Assembly: GCA_964016885.1 (NCBI GenBank)
Contig: OZ024740.1
Location: 122,264,001-122,328,000 of the forward strand
Direction: 5' to 3'
Source: Eledone cirrhosa
Taxonomy: Eukaryota
DNA: 64,000 nt
Positions within the stretch are counted from its first letter, which is position 1; each line of letters starts with the position of its first letter. Shown here piece by piece: positions 1-13,829 of the stretch. The translations under genes and the position numbers were made by a program. The notes under the pieces are model-generated. The model had not been told where the DNA came from. It did not search any database and saw nothing but the letters and a program-made list of their open reading frames with translations.

Positions 1-594
1 GACATTATCATATGCATCTGTTGTATTTTAGTCATAATTTCTCTAATTACTGTTCGGGGATTTTCTTATGAAAGTTTCAGATAATTAATCAATGATTTTA
101 CCAAGCGGAACATTAGATTTACATGCATCGTCAAAAGAGAATAAAATTGTTTCCCATAACAAAATTCCTCTTATTACAAAGAACATCGGAATCTCATAAT
201 TATAGAATTATAATTGTTGTTGTTGTTGCTTAACCCCATGGTCTACTCTGTATTAGTAGACCTATGGTCTAGATTGTTGCAAACAGCAATGCCTCGTTAT
301 TCTGTTAGATCTGTTTCTATTGGTGAATTAAGGCGAAATATAATGTCTGCGACTCTTTAGGAGTTTCCAAAATTGATGCCAAAAATAGAAGGGTGATATA
401 TTCAAACCATTGGTCCGAATGGTCTCTATAGACTACGCTAACGGTACCCAAGGGCCATGTGGTGATGCTAATTTCGGATACATATTAAGAAGATTACAGC
501 ACAATAGACTACAGTTAGATTTAAGCTCAGAAAGCAACGCGCCGGAACTAATACTGTAAGCCATATATTTACGGCTTGACCACTATATTGTTCT

Positions 595-735
595 AGGCTG
601 TTAATTCATTTATCGATCCGGAAGCCTTAAAGGCAAAGTTGTTCTTGGGATTTGAACACAGAACGCAAGGATTTTGAATAAATTCTACAAGATATCTTGT
701 CCGGTCGGTGGTCTAACCTTTCTGCCAATTCTCTC
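595..735 (-). mobile_element. Diverged tRNA-derived SINE fragment (same family as 2596-2790)
   Basis: tttatcgatccggaagccttaaaggcaaagttg...ggatttgaacacag is a decayed version of the SINE core tttatcgaccccgtaaggatgaaaggcaaagttaacctcggcgggatttgaactcag. Confidence 0.65.
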
Positions 736-2169
736 CCAACCTAGGATAAAGTTGTCCAACGTTCTTCCTTTTCAAGACGGTAGAACATAATTGGAGGAAT
801 AATTGGCGGCTTTCTGACAGCAATAACAGCTAGTTTGAAACTTCTTTATTAGCTAGATAATTATGGAGAAGGTAGTAAATAATATATATTATGGCTAATA
901 AACGGTTAAAATAGATTACGTTTCAAATCAGAAATTTTAATACTGTATTTCATTCAAAAACTAACGTTATTTGGTACGTTTATGAGCAGTTAATTATAAA
1001 TAGGGTATGCGAACATAATTTTCACCATCCAGGCATACTAGCGCAACAAGCACCATCATTTACTATCAGGAAACAACTTATATGAGGTTGCTTATCGTGT
1101 CCGATTCGTCATCGAAAAATAGTACCCTGGTCAAATATGGTTTGAAATACATAAAACGTTTTAATTCATAGAAATAGCCGGAAGATGCCAGTCTTTCATA
1201 TTCTCAGAGTCATATAATAATAGATATAACTGAAGGTCGTACCCCAGCCAGACCAGTATTTAGGAACTGATACCAGTTAATAGAACACACGATACAAGCT
1301 GTCTATGACAAGAAGAAGTGCTTAGATGGTCAGGTGTTATCGGAGAGAAACATTAAAGATTATTACAACTGCGGATTATTGCGCAACTATATTGTCAATG
1401 GTTTTGATCTCTAGTACAATATATGTTTTTGTGAGTGCTATACGTCTTAAAGCATCAAAATGCGTTAATTCAATGTGTATCCTACTCCCGGTTTTCAATA
1501 ATTTTGAAACGCAATGAGAATTATAATACAAATGAATGTAAACAATTATTTATAAACAGCATATCAATTTATTGAAGATAAATTATTACAATTAATCTTA
1601 ACTTTCCAACATCTGTTTGTTTGTTTTTAAATGTTTTGTTATTGTATCTATGTTTGCTCGTGCAAAGAATTACAAGCAATTGTTTTGTAGTAAATAGAAT
1701 CGGTAATGTTTACAAAATCTAATAGCTAGCATCAATTGATTTCTAAGTAACTATCAGTTTCATAGAAACTTCTGAATATTAACAAATGCTTGAATTACAG
1801 TTTATTCGTTCTCCTCTTATCTTTGAAATGTTTAGCTGGTTAAATGCCATGTTTATAGACATTGTATACAACAGTCAAGGACACTGCCATTTATATATAG
1901 AAACCAATGCTAATTGTTTAAAACTTCCGAAAGGATTGCATAAATAGATTAAATTAAACCAATGTTTCGTTTATACTTATTTTAGAGGTTTCGGCATAAT
2001 TGATAATCAGAACGTAAAACAATATAATTTATATAATGTAATATGCATATAGATGCGTATTTTGAGTGTTTCAGTTTATATGCTTTACAAAAAGAGAAAA
2101 TTATATATATTATTATTCGGGAGATTCATTAAAAGGTGGGACAAACTAGCATGCGGTATTTAAGAACAA

Positions 2170-2465
2170 CATTTTAAGGTGTGATTTCAAATCATTTCGA
2201 GGTCAAGTTTGTATTTCATTCTTCTGTGGTCGATAGCATAAGTTACCAATCATGTACCTGAGTCCATATAATCGACGTTCACTATCCTTTAAATTTCTAC
2301 TCTTGTGCCTATGTTACAAATCATTGTTAATACCACCGAGGTTAGCTTTACCTTTCATCCTTAGGTGGTTGTTTAAATAGTACCAGTAACAAACTGGTGT
2401 TCATTTTTATCGATATTCCCCCCTCCCTTCAAGTTGATGGCCTTGTGTCAAATGTAGAAACTATT
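2170..2465 (+). mobile_element. Two diverged SINE fragments, sense orientation
   Basis: gaggtcaagtttgtatttcattcttctgtggtcgata and ccgaggttagctttacctttcatcctt...gtaccagt; the second ends ggccttgtgtcaaatgtagaaac. Confidence 0.65.
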
Positions 2466-2595
2466 AAATAGAAGATGGTTCTTTTTACTACAATAGAATA
2501 TATATTGTTCAGAATGAATATTTTAAAAACACGTTAACAAACAATGAAATTACTTCACTGTTGTGTACAACGTCCATAACACTCAACAACATCAA

Positions 2596-2790
2596 TAATA
2601 ATTGTTTCTACATTTGGCACAAGGCCAGTAAATACCCAGTACATTTCTGGTACTTTATTATATCGACCCCGTAAGGATGAAAGGCAAAGTTAACCTCGGC
2701 GGGATTTGAACTCAGATCATAAAGGGACGTAACTCTATGCTTCAAAACATGGTGTCGGACACTCTACCGATACTGCCAATCCATCTCCCA
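2596..2790 (-). mobile_element. tRNA-derived SINE, full length ~195 bp, Meta-domain-like core
   Basis: Minus strand shows A-box-like TGGCAGTATCGG, B-box GAGTTCAAATCC, core ctttgcctttcatccttacggggtcgat, and tail ggccttgtgcca...tagaaacaattattatt. Near-identical copies at 3209, 5308 and 8504. Confidence 0.9.
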
Positions 2791-2792
2791 TC

Positions 2793-3005
2793 AATAATAA
2801 TTGTTTCTCCTTTAGGCACAAGGCCAGCAATTACCCAGTGCATTCAATAATAATGGTTTCTGATTTAGACTCGAGGTCAACAATTTTGAGGGAATGCAAA
2901 GTCAAATAACTTCATCTCATTACGTTACTGGTAACCTAATTTATCCAACCCGTAACGATGAATGGTGAAGCTGACCCCGAGAAAATATGAACTCAGAACG
3001 TAAAC
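2793..3005 (-). mobile_element. Two further truncated/diverged SINE copies stacked in aataataat
   Basis: 3' tail copy 2793-2845 (ggcacaaggccagcaattacccagtgcatt) and an older copy 2846-3005 (actggtaacctaatttatccaacccgtaacgatgaatgg...gaactcagaacg). Confidence 0.75.
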
Positions 3006-3208
3006 GTAAATCTGGCCAGACTCAGGAATCAAAAGATCGTCGGACCTCTGTGGTAGTAATGACCGATCGATACAGATAAAACCTCGAGCGGATCAGTTGC
3101 GAAACGCGCGTCACCAACCAATAAATGTAATGAAGGGGTAACCATTCATCCTTGTATTATATTACACTTTGTCTAGCTCTACACCTAGATACTGACGCTC
3201 ACAACATC

Positions 3209-3405
3209 AATAATAATTGTTTCTACGTTTGGCACAAGGCCAGCAATTTCCCAATACATTACTAGTACTTTATTTTATCGACCCCGTAAAGATGAAAGGC
3301 AAAGTTAACCTCGGCGGGATTAGAACTTAGAATGGCAAGGGCTGTAACTCGATGCGTCAAAGTTTGGCGTGCGACCCTCTACCGATACAGCCAATCCACC
3401 GCCCT
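3209..3405 (-). mobile_element. tRNA-derived SINE, full length
   Basis: Colinear with 2596-2790; aataataat on both sides. Confidence 0.9.
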
Positions 3406-4159
3406 GACAATAATAATGGCAATAGAGTTGAATGTGTTTATGTTCTTCTTTTAGTCAATGATTGCCCTTCTATAATAAGCAGATTAGAAGGAACTGTGCA
3501 ATTTGCGTTTTGATAAATTAATGGCTGTCCTAGCCTATGTTGAGAACTGATGTGTGGAAATGATCAAATATAAGCTAATGTCTTAAATATATATCTAATA
3601 TATATTTATATGAGTATTTTGTATGTATAAACAAATGAGATACATGCATAAATATGGGATATTACACAGTTGCAACTCAACTAACTGTGAAGGTTATGAT
3701 TTTGTAATCATCATACTTGCGATAGCACTGAAACACAGATTATGCCACCGCAAATTTCGATTAAATCATATCTGCAGAAGACATTATACATACACTTAAT
3801 AATTGAGCTCAAGCAAATCATTGAGAATATCCTTCTACAAATGCAACTAGAACGACTGTTCTAAAGAAATAAAACAATATATTTTGATGTTAGGTATATT
3901 CTTAGGTCTCAACATAAGGAATATTTGTGGAACATTCCTCTCGTTATTTCCAATAACAACAGTCATGATAATATTGTTTTGAATAGAAATCGAAATGTCC
4001 TGAAAACGCCTGGCAAATAAAACATAGAAAGAGATTGTTCTGTAAAGTATTTTCTTCAAATTCAATATAAGTTGAAACCTGAATATATACAAAACGTAAC
4101 ACAGATTCAAGAGGCAAAGGAATGGATGATTGGCAAATACCTTTACTTCCTAACAGCGT

Positions 4160-4260
4160 GATTTCGTGTCATCTTGGTCAAGTGACTTCTAGTAAGGCTT
4201 TAAGCTAACGAATATATTGTATGTGAAATTTGGTAGACGGGAGTTGTGTGAAATTCTATT
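4160..4260 (+). mobile_element. Diverged fragment of a second SINE-like family
   Basis: cttggtcaagtgacttcta...gtgaaatttggtagacgggag resembles a common octopod SINE body (from memory); a related decayed copy lies at ~10130-10400. Confidence 0.45.
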
Positions 4261-4278
4261 CATATATATATATATTTA

Positions 4279-4518
4279 CAGTAGCGTACTGCGCCTAAAA
4301 TGATTGGTTGCAAGGATATGAAAAGGGCCCACCTACATATAGAATGCTATCATTTAATTTTTATAATGAATAAATAACATTTTCAAAAGATACATAGATG
4401 GAAACAAAGCAGTGAAATCAAATTTTTGTGGAAAAATGTCTTACCTTCTCCAATAAAAATATGTATTTCGCGAAATTCAGAAACTTTCAATAATCACCTT
4501 TCGTATTTCACATTCACT

Positions 4519-4580
<62 letters not shown>

Positions 4581-5205
4581 GAGCGTGTATGTGTGCATGT
4601 ACATGTATAGATATAGATATTTATATATATGTTTATATATGTGTGTTTGTATATATATATATATATATATATATAACGAAGGAAATGTGGTAAGGAACCA
4701 GGTGGACCATAACGCACCAAAGTACTCAATACTTGAGGTAGTAGAGTGGGTAATAGGAACCAGTAAGACCCCGACAGCTGAGCTCAAGCCGTTTCGACGG
4801 CTAATTCTGGACCAAGAATTAGCCGTCGAAACGGCTTGAGCTCAGCTGTCGGGGTCTTACTGGTTCCTATATATATATATATATATATTTACATATATAT
4901 ATGTATATCTATGTATATGCATGTGTTATACACAAAGCTTTAGATTTAGTAGAATGTAGAACCACTGATTCCAACTATTTGCACTATCATATGTTTTAGT
5001 TTCTCTTCATTCCCTTTGGAATTAGTTGGCCATATGCTTTCCTTAATTATGTTTTTATTATTTTTTTAAATCATTCTTTCTATCAGACATCAGTTATTTT
5101 TTAAAAGCAAAGCATTGGCCCTAAAATACTACCATAGGTTCCTGCAATGCTGCCGTGGGCCCCCTTGCCATTGGACAACAGGGCAACCTGAAGAGTCCGC
5201 CACTG
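4279..5205. mobile_element. Possible MITE with short CAGTRGCG termini
   Basis: Left end cagtagcgtact; right end reverse-complements to cagtggcggact; gggccc subterminal motif near both ends; TA-rich flanks. Confidence 0.25.
4753..4870. repeat. Perfect inverted repeat, 56-bp arms, 6-nt loop, in a (TA)n tract
   Basis: 4753-4808 is the exact reverse complement of 4815-4870; loop ggacca. Confidence 0.97.
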
Positions 5206-5307
5206 TATATATATATATAAATTGAGCTATGTTCTTACTGATAATAAGGTAGTAATTAATTACTGATCTTTCCTGTTTATAGTTGTATATAGTGTATACA
5301 TAACTAT

Positions 5308-5497
5308 AAATAATTGTTTCTACTTTAGGCACAAGGCCAGCAATTAACCAGTGCATTACTGGTACTTTATTTTATCGACCCCATAAGGATGAAAGGCAAA
5401 GTCAACCTCGGCGGGATTTGAACTCAGATCGTAAAGGGACGTAACTATGATGGAAAGCATGGCGTCCGACCCTCTACCGATACTGGCAATCCACCCT
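5308..5497 (-). mobile_element. tRNA-derived SINE, full length
   Basis: Colinear with 2596-2790. Confidence 0.9.
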
Positions 5498-6695
5498 ATA
5501 AATAATATATATATATATACAGTGTGTGTGTGCGCGCGTGTGTGTGTGTCTGTGTCTGTCTGTCTGTGTGTTCCTTAACAGAGCAGTTCGACAAATATTA
5601 ATCAATAAAATAAATGCATTAAAAATTGCATTAAACAGGCTAAGACACCTACAATTTTCTTTGATTCTTTTTTTTTGTTTATAAGCATCATGATTTAAAC
5701 CCTGGAAAACGTAGACTAGTGGTCGATAAAACGTGGAATGATTTCTCTGATGACATAACAATAAACACTGGCTTACTCGTATTACTGTAAATGCAATTTA
5801 ATCATTGCCGTTAACTACTTAACATTGATAGACTTCCTGTAATTGTACTGCGCACCATTTCCTTAATGTTACATACATCTACCTACGATTCAAATAATAT
5901 CCATAGCGACATATCGACGTTGGAGTTCATTTTGTTAGAGATAAATGATAGAATTTTACTGAGGATTGGCAATCAAGATTTCTTCTTTGTCAAGTTAATA
6001 ATGAAAATGATATCATTATCTAATATTATCCATCATTATCTGCCAAACCAAGCCAGATAATTCAGATTTATTTATATTTCAACGAAGAAATTAACTTAAT
6101 AAATTTAGATAAAATGAAAATATAATTTTAACATTTCATTCCTTTTATCGTTTATCAATATTCCGACTTAGAAATGAAATCGAGGTAAAATTAAAGTTTT
6201 GATATAAAACAGTGTCATTTGTAGAATAAAAAAATATATAATATTCATTTGAGCTAAATATTTAAAGAATAAAAGTATGGTTTGAATAATCTCAGTTTCC
6301 CTGATTTAAGAGGAAATCTAAATTGGTATAACAAATAATGAAAAGAACAAAATACGACTTCTGCTTTATGGCGGAAATGTCAAAACTGTAAACTTTGTTA
6401 CAATAGAAAATGCATTATGTTTTTGCAAGAGAAAGAGGCTATGAGCATTGGCTCGATGTGCTAGAAATAGAATCCGTCGCTTCATCAAGCACTACAGTCG
6501 AAGGTTATATGTAACATTAAATACATTATCAAGTTTTAGAAACATAGACTGTATCTGAAATACCCTTGATCATATAAGTATTGTTGGTGAGAAGTGACAT
6601 GAGTTAAACAGCTACAGGTGCTTTTTTGTATATTTATGCTTCTAGTGCATGCTTGTGTATGTGCATTTTATACGCAAAGAGAGAGAAGAGTGAGG

Positions 6696-6885
<190 letters not shown>

Positions 6886-8503
6886 TTGTTTATAGGCTTA
6901 TTTGTAACTTCAACAAATGATGTAAGTTACAATCTTGGTTTTGATTGCCTAGATTTCTTGTTAAGTAATTCTAATTCCCTGTAAACATTGTTCTAAAACT
7001 TCAAACACAAACACGTTTTGTACAACTTAATATTCTGTGTATTCTTTTATTTGTTTGACATTTTCCCTGGTGGATTATTGACAACTGATCCAAATCTGAA
7101 GGTTTTTGTAGAAGATTGATAAACTATAAAGATTGATCACGTTTGGGGAAATCAATCTACCGCAGATTCTAATAAAACAAAATGAAAAGAAAACATCAAT
7201 GCGTTTGGTGAACCACGGCTGACGACAGAAAAAAGAAAATATCTTCCTATTGTATCAATGTTCATATCGTTTCACTAACTTAAACAAAGTATTTCGGTGT
7301 GTCGTTTTCCCCCAACGTATTACGGTGCATTGGAAGAAGCAGTAGAATTTCAACCTCGTTGTTTTCAGTTCAATTCTTTCCCCAAAATGACAATGAATTA
7401 CATTCCTAGTAAGGTTTCCTTTTGCAGTCGTTTGATCTTCAGGAGAGGATTTAGACCATAGTTTTCACAAGACCTCCGATAGTGAAATTGACACTGAATG
7501 TGAATGATATGCAATGTGGTTTTTCCAAAACGATCGGTATAGAAGTAACGAGAGCGTGAAAGTTGAAGGAACCTCGACCCAGGTTCAATAGAGATCTCTG
7601 AAATATAGTGAGTTGAGGTTTTTGTATATAATATCTCCTTATCAAAAATAATTTGCGTTGTGCCACGTCAAAATACGAGCATATTTTATTTGCTAAATTG
7701 ACCAGTATTGCAAAGTAAATTTTCGATGATCTCAAGCGACTGGCAAATTTCAATATCTACTTGAAGTGATTACAGTTAAACTCTTGTTTCGAAATAAACA
7801 ATAACTTTTCATTCACTTACTTCTTTAACTGATAAGGATAATTTCTTAGTCAGAAACTTATGATTGATATTTTGTATTCACGTTGGGGCTGGATGCCAAA
7901 TTTCATAATCCAGTTCTGTTTTTAAATAAAAACAATCTAATTAATTTCATTTGGTTTAAGACAAAGTCAAATATTCCCATTTTCTCTTATGTAAATCCTC
8001 CGATTTGAGTCTCTATAAAATATTTCTGTTTTGTTTAAAACAATATTCAGATTTGGCTATTTACTTTTGTTGGTGTGGTTGTTTGATCTAAGCTCCATAT
8101 CTAGGGCGATATCTTGGCGATTTTCTCTCTTGCTTAGTATTAAATTTCGTTTGTTTATTTTCCCCAATAGCTTATGTTCAATACGTATGTATTTTAGACG
8201 CCAATCAAAGTAGCAATGGAGGCGGGAACTGCAAATGTCTGGTCATTAAATGTAGCTTTTTGGAAGACGACTGGATATTATATGACAAATTACATTTTTG
8301 TTGATACCGTAGTATTATATTAATTCTAATGTTTTTAAATTCTTCAAAAAAGAAGTCATGGAAAGAGTTTAATTTTCTTTATTACTTATTTTAACTTATG
8401 TAATTACACTTTTGCAATAAAGTTAATTACATATTCATAGACATAATATATTTTTCAATGCAGCCATATTAAATTACATTCAATTCAATAAGGATCGTGT
8501 ATG

Positions 8504-8697
8504 TAATAATTATTTCTACTTTTGGCACAAGACCAGCAATTATCCCAGTGTATTACTGATACTTTATTTATCGACCCCGTAAGAATGAAAGGCAAAGTTA
8601 AACTTGGCGGGATTTGAACTCAGACCATTAAGGGGCGTAACTCTTTGCTACAAAGCATGGCGTCCGAACCTCTACCGATACTGCCAATCTACCGCCT
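8504..8697 (-). mobile_element. tRNA-derived SINE, full length
   Basis: Colinear with 2596-2790; taataat flanks. Confidence 0.9.
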
Positions 8698-11600
8698 TGT
8701 GTAATAATGTGTGTGTAATAATGTTATCTCCCCTGGTTTACGAGGCAATGTAAGGAATGATGAAATTGATCCCATACAGTTGCTGTAATAGATTGAGTTC
8801 GTAATAACAGGCACGTATCATAACTGTGCATATCTAGCGATAAATAATTGTTAGACATCGGGCCCCATGTCGTTGGATTCAAGAAATTATGTAGTGTGTA
8901 TCCACTTAAAGACAAGCATACTTGACTGGAAATAGCGGGCAATTATCATCTCATGTACGTTAAAGGAGAAGCGGAAATTTAATATTCTTCTTAGCTAGCT
9001 GGATGGATGCAACGCTATCATTTACGTTCCTTGTTTCTTTTTTAATCAATATAGAAAGTACAAGCTTTGTGAAAATCTCACGAGAGTATATACGAGACAC
9101 ATCACATGCTGGGATACTGTTCCAAGTTAAAATAGCCATGATTATGTGGGATTTATCAATCAGAGCGACAATGATTTGAATACTGGCGATTGTAGTAATC
9201 TGAAAACTAATGATGGCTTCATAATTATCGGAATGCATACGGCTGGCAAATGTATTTTTAAATGAAGCTGAATTAATGGCATCATTAGCAGATTATCACA
9301 AGTATATGTATACATCAGCTGCCAGTTAGATAAGACGGATCATTGGTTTCACAAAATTATTATTATTATTGGTATCATTGTTGTTGTTAATATTTTCATT
9401 TTCATCATCACACCATCATCGGCAACAGCAGTCGCAAGAGCAGCAGTATCATCATTGGCATTATCCTAAGCCTCATCGTCACCATCATTCTTGCTATCAT
9501 TGGCGTGTTTTTACAATAAACATTTGTGAGAAAATTAAATTTAAATAGTATAACGTTCTAAGATTCAGTCATTTATGGATAAATGTGTCTATGATGTATG
9601 CCGTTTGTTTACTCAGTGGATCAGATAGTCAGTATCCCAGTAAATACACTTAGACATAATTTCGATGTTATCAAGAAAGTGCTGCAAACGCATTCTTCAA
9701 CTGTCTGGAATCAACTCACTGTGAGCTCTTTTTCTAACGTATGAAATTAAAGTTACACACATGGACTTTCTCAAAAGATGCAATTTCTGCTTAACCCAAA
9801 GTCATATTCTGTAGTTTGTGTTGAATCTAAGCAGATATCCAATACAAGTTTGAAAAGGCCATTCCAGGAGGCAAATTTATAGATGTTCAAAGGATTTGTG
9901 TCTTTGTATTGTTAAAAACAACACGGATACTTGTACTCCATTGCTGAATGGTTTCTTTGTTCCTATTCTCAGGCTCTTGGGTGTGTGTTGCTATTAACTA
10001 TCTATGAAAAGCGTAGGCAGATGTTATAGTAGTGTCGCCTTCATAGATTCGGGCGTAGTTAACCATAATAGCTAATAGGTAGCAAGCAACGGGCATGCAG
10101 TCATGAGTGAATTGTTAAATAAATTATCTTTGCAATCATGATGTCCTGGTTTTCATCCAAGAGTGTGATATCTTAGACAAATATATTTATGAGAGCCTCT
10201 GGTGAACACAAGTCTTTTAAGTGAAATGTTTTAGTGAGAAATTGTATGGTGTTCTGCTGGATTGATTGTATATCTAATTAAAAGGTCCAATTTGTCATGT
10301 ATTGTTTCTCGCAGATTCGCTTTGGGAATTAAGTTATGGCTACACATGTATATGGAATGTTCAACCTCTTAAGACTAACTCACGTATTGAGTTGATTAGA
10401 TAACATATTATTCCTCCTAAAAAAAGACAAATTATCCAACATCAGGAGGTAGCGCATCATTTTAGCAAAGGAAGCGTTTTGTGCATAGCAAATGTGTAGG
10501 TTATAATGGGAGAAAAGAAAAGTAGAATTTAGCAGAAATATTGACTATAGTATATCAATTATAAATCGATATTTAGATTTTGGTCAAAAGTATACATGAT
10601 TTAGCCGTATAAATCTCGTCCGACATTTGATGGCAGAATAACCCAATGAAATGTTCCAAGAGAATTACCATTTCTAATATATTTCACAAATACTTTGTGG
10701 AGCCGCAGCCATAATTATTTTCGCAAATGACAGCAAAATCTCGAAATCAAATAAGGGTACGGAAACCTATATCACGTGTTTGTGGATAAACACCTTTAAA
10801 CCGGCGAAACTTAATTTATATTGCACCAAAATAATTCAAGTGTTTCTGTACTAGGCATTTTACGTAATACTAAACAGGTACTGGTCATCGTGCTTTTATA
10901 TAAAAGTAGCCCTTTCAATGACATATTATTCAATTTCATTTAGTTGTTTAACATTCTTAACTACAAATATAAGGGAAATGTATTTAAGACATGCCTATAC
11001 TAAGGCATATGTGCACTTGACCGAGAACATATTAAACACGGATAAATAATGCAATATCACATTAACTTACCTAATAAAGAACGTACGTGACCAATATTAA
11101 TGAAAAGGTCACGAACGACAAGTCAAAACCAAATGTAAATACGTTCATGCACAAATACACACACATATATATATATATACATGTACACACACATGTACAC
11201 ATATGCTTGCATACACACACCGGCATACATTCATAGATATCTATATCTATATGTATATATTTATATACATACCCTGTGCTTGACTAACAACTTTTTCATA
11301 CCGTTATCGCGGATTTATAGTTCGACTAAAGTGTTCTATATGGAATTCTCTTAATATATTAATTAGCTTCTTGCATTCATATCTTCTTTTCAAAGACATC
11401 TTTATAGATCCATTTAAGCTGAACATTTAGCTCTTGTTGGAAACACACAACTAATAGTTAGAAATGTGATATCTCTATAAACCATTATATTAAATTCGTA
11501 AGATAGTATACTCATCAAAAGATATCTGTAGATATATCATTCTACATATGTTGCCCTCCACATACATTCTAGAATCTCTATAAACATTACCGAATTTCAG

Positions 11601-11945
11601 GTTTTTAACGCGAAACATATGAATCATAAAACTTCTATATGATTGTCATTTAAGCATATTTAAGTATCATATTTCTAATTTAAAAATTTGAAATATCGTT
11701 GAGGAAAATATGAGAGATAGCGGTTGTTTTCGAAAAACATTAATGACACCACACACAACACAGCTTCATGGAATGAAGACATATATAATAGCTAAGAGTT
11801 ATATACCGGTCGATAGGAATATTTGGTATGCTTCCATTGCATTATATAGTTATGTCGGTATAGCTCGAATGTACGAAGTTTAGAAAGAGCAACATTTTCC
11901 AAGCATTGTTCCTGAATCGGTTTAAGAGTGCAATATATATATATA

Positions 11946-12270
11946 TGTAGGAGGTGAGTTTTATTGTAGCACACTAAAGCAATGCAAATATCGGATAAGT
12001 AGCACTCAACAATTTATAGGACTCGAGTATAAATAAAATAAGATCAAAAGATGGTTAAAAGCGTTCCATGTATTTTATTATGCGCATTTCAAAAACAAAA
12101 ATCATCATGGGATGATATTTGTGTTCTCATCAGATAAAATAGGGAGACATGATATGAAGCTTAAAAACACTTGCGAGCAGTGAAGTGTTAAATCAACATA
12201 TGAAAAATAAAATAAGATGGATATATGAGATTGAGAAGTAAATAAGGAAGGAGGAAGGAAAAGGTAAGGA
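11946..12270 (-). mobile_element. PLE terminal repeat (pLTR) family 1, solo copy with complete 3' end
   Basis: Homologous to 12735-12968, 39499-39756 and 61683-61953; abuts (TA)n at 11935. Confidence 0.85.
12071..12141 (-). ncRNA. Minimal type I hammerhead ribozyme (family 1)
   Basis: Minus strand: tattttat-CTGATGA-stem II-GAAA-tgcgca-TA-ataaaata; stem I 8 bp; palindromic stem III ATGCGCAT. Confidence 0.85.
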
Positions 12271-12454
12271 CGAGGAATATTATTTTTTCTTTGCCATTAC
12301 CCTATCATGTTCCACATTACACCCCCCTGCCCTATTTTGTCTTTTTTTCTTTTCACTTCAAAAACCTTGTTTTTAAATATAATTATTCTTTCTTCACCAT
12401 TTCCTTAACATGTTCAACATCACCAACATTTTACACCAATAAAAATTCCCCCCT

Positions 12455-12484
12455 TTGATAATGCATAAAATGCTGAAACCGGTA
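12455..12484 (+). ncRNA. Hammerhead-like motif, U3-A8 variant, in a different pLTR fragment (~12275-12683)
   Basis: TTGATAA-tgcataaaatgct-GAAA-ccgg-TA; palindromic ACCGGT; stem I poor. Confidence 0.45.
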
Positions 12485-12677
12485 ATAGACAATTATTAAA
12501 TATATAAATAAATAAATAAATGCCATTCGGAATTAATAAATAAATTAACTAATACCTTAACACTTCACAGAAAGTAAAATATTTTGTTTTACACATTTTC
12601 TAACCCAGAAAAAAGGGAATAAAATAAAAAGGAAAAAAATAAATGTTTCTTCCGAATAATCGTCTTTTTCTCCCTAT

Positions 12678-12739
<62 letters not shown>

Positions 12740-12771
12740 GATGATCAAAAGATGGTTAAAAGAGTTCCATG

Positions 12772-12842
12772 TATTTTATTATGCGCATTTCAAAAACAAA
12801 TATCATCATGGGATGATATTTGCGTTCTCATCAGATAAAATA
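12772..12842 (-). ncRNA. Minimal type I hammerhead ribozyme (family 1) in the 3' pLTR of the Naiad-type PLE
   Basis: tattttat-CTGATGA-gaacgcaaatatcatc ccat gatgatatttgttttt-GAAA-tgcgca-TA-ataaaata. Confidence 0.87.
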
Positions 12843-13829
12843 GGGAGACATGATATGAAGCTTAAAAAACACTTGCGAGAAGTGAAGTGTTAAATTAACA
12901 TATCAAAAAAAAATAAGATGGATATATGAGATTGGGAAAAAAGGAAGGAAGGGGGAAGGAAAAGGTAAGTAAGAGGAAGAAAGAAAATAATAATAAAAAA
13001 TAAAAAATAATAAGGAAAGGGTGACGGAGGAGGAGTATAAGAAGGAAGGATAAGAGAAGAGGAGAAATGAGTAGGAGACCTTTAATACTGAGAAACACTG
13101 TCTCACAGAGAGAAATAGTAAAAAAAACCGTTGTAAGATAATACATAATTTATAAAAACATTTTCAAATTAAAAGTTAATGAGGTTTATGAATGGTGATT
13201 TTATGATTAAAGAAAAAGGAATTAATAATAGTATTTATTTAAGGTTTATATATTGAAGGCTTTAATAATATGTGCGAAAAGGAACTTATTAATATGTATT
13301 ATTAAAATAAAAAAAATATTAAGGAGATAAGGTGAATGAAGAAAAGGTTAAAGGAATTATGAACTTAGAGGAATTAGTTAGTATCCAAGTTTGTTTCTAT
13401 GTATTGTAATAAGAAAAAGTAAATAATAGTTTTAATACGAGCACGGAAGGAGAGAAGAAAGAAGAAAATTTAAGGAAGAAAATATATATAACGTCAAAAA
13501 AAACATTATGTTTACAAAATTTACTAATGGTAATATTAGTATATACTAAAAATATAGTTTGTATGGCCAAGAATATAAGGAAAATGCCATAATGAGTTAT
13601 AATATGAATTAAGAAGTAAACATTACAGATTAAAGATTAGAAATTCAAAAAGAAAAAAAGATAAAAAAGAAGAAAAATAGGGGACCGCTAACGACATAGA
13701 ATGAGTAAATTGTATAATATAATAAACTGAAAAAAGGTAGAAAGATGGTTATATTTGTAAAATATATAAAAGCGTTTGAGAAAAGAAGATTTTAAAGTAC
13801 TTAGGTAGTAAGATATTTAGCTGTATACT

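Noticed and set aside
1080-1390. Very old LINE remnant
   Set aside because: Only a faint RR.LRW.G-like trace; too weak to call
2700-2790. tRNA gene
   Set aside because: The A/B boxes belong to the SINE head; no cloverleaf
7330-9290. Possible host exons or DNA-transposon remnants (ORFs 7451-7753, 8724-9238)
   Set aside because: No recognisable domain or convincing splice structure; needs RNA-seq or BLASTx
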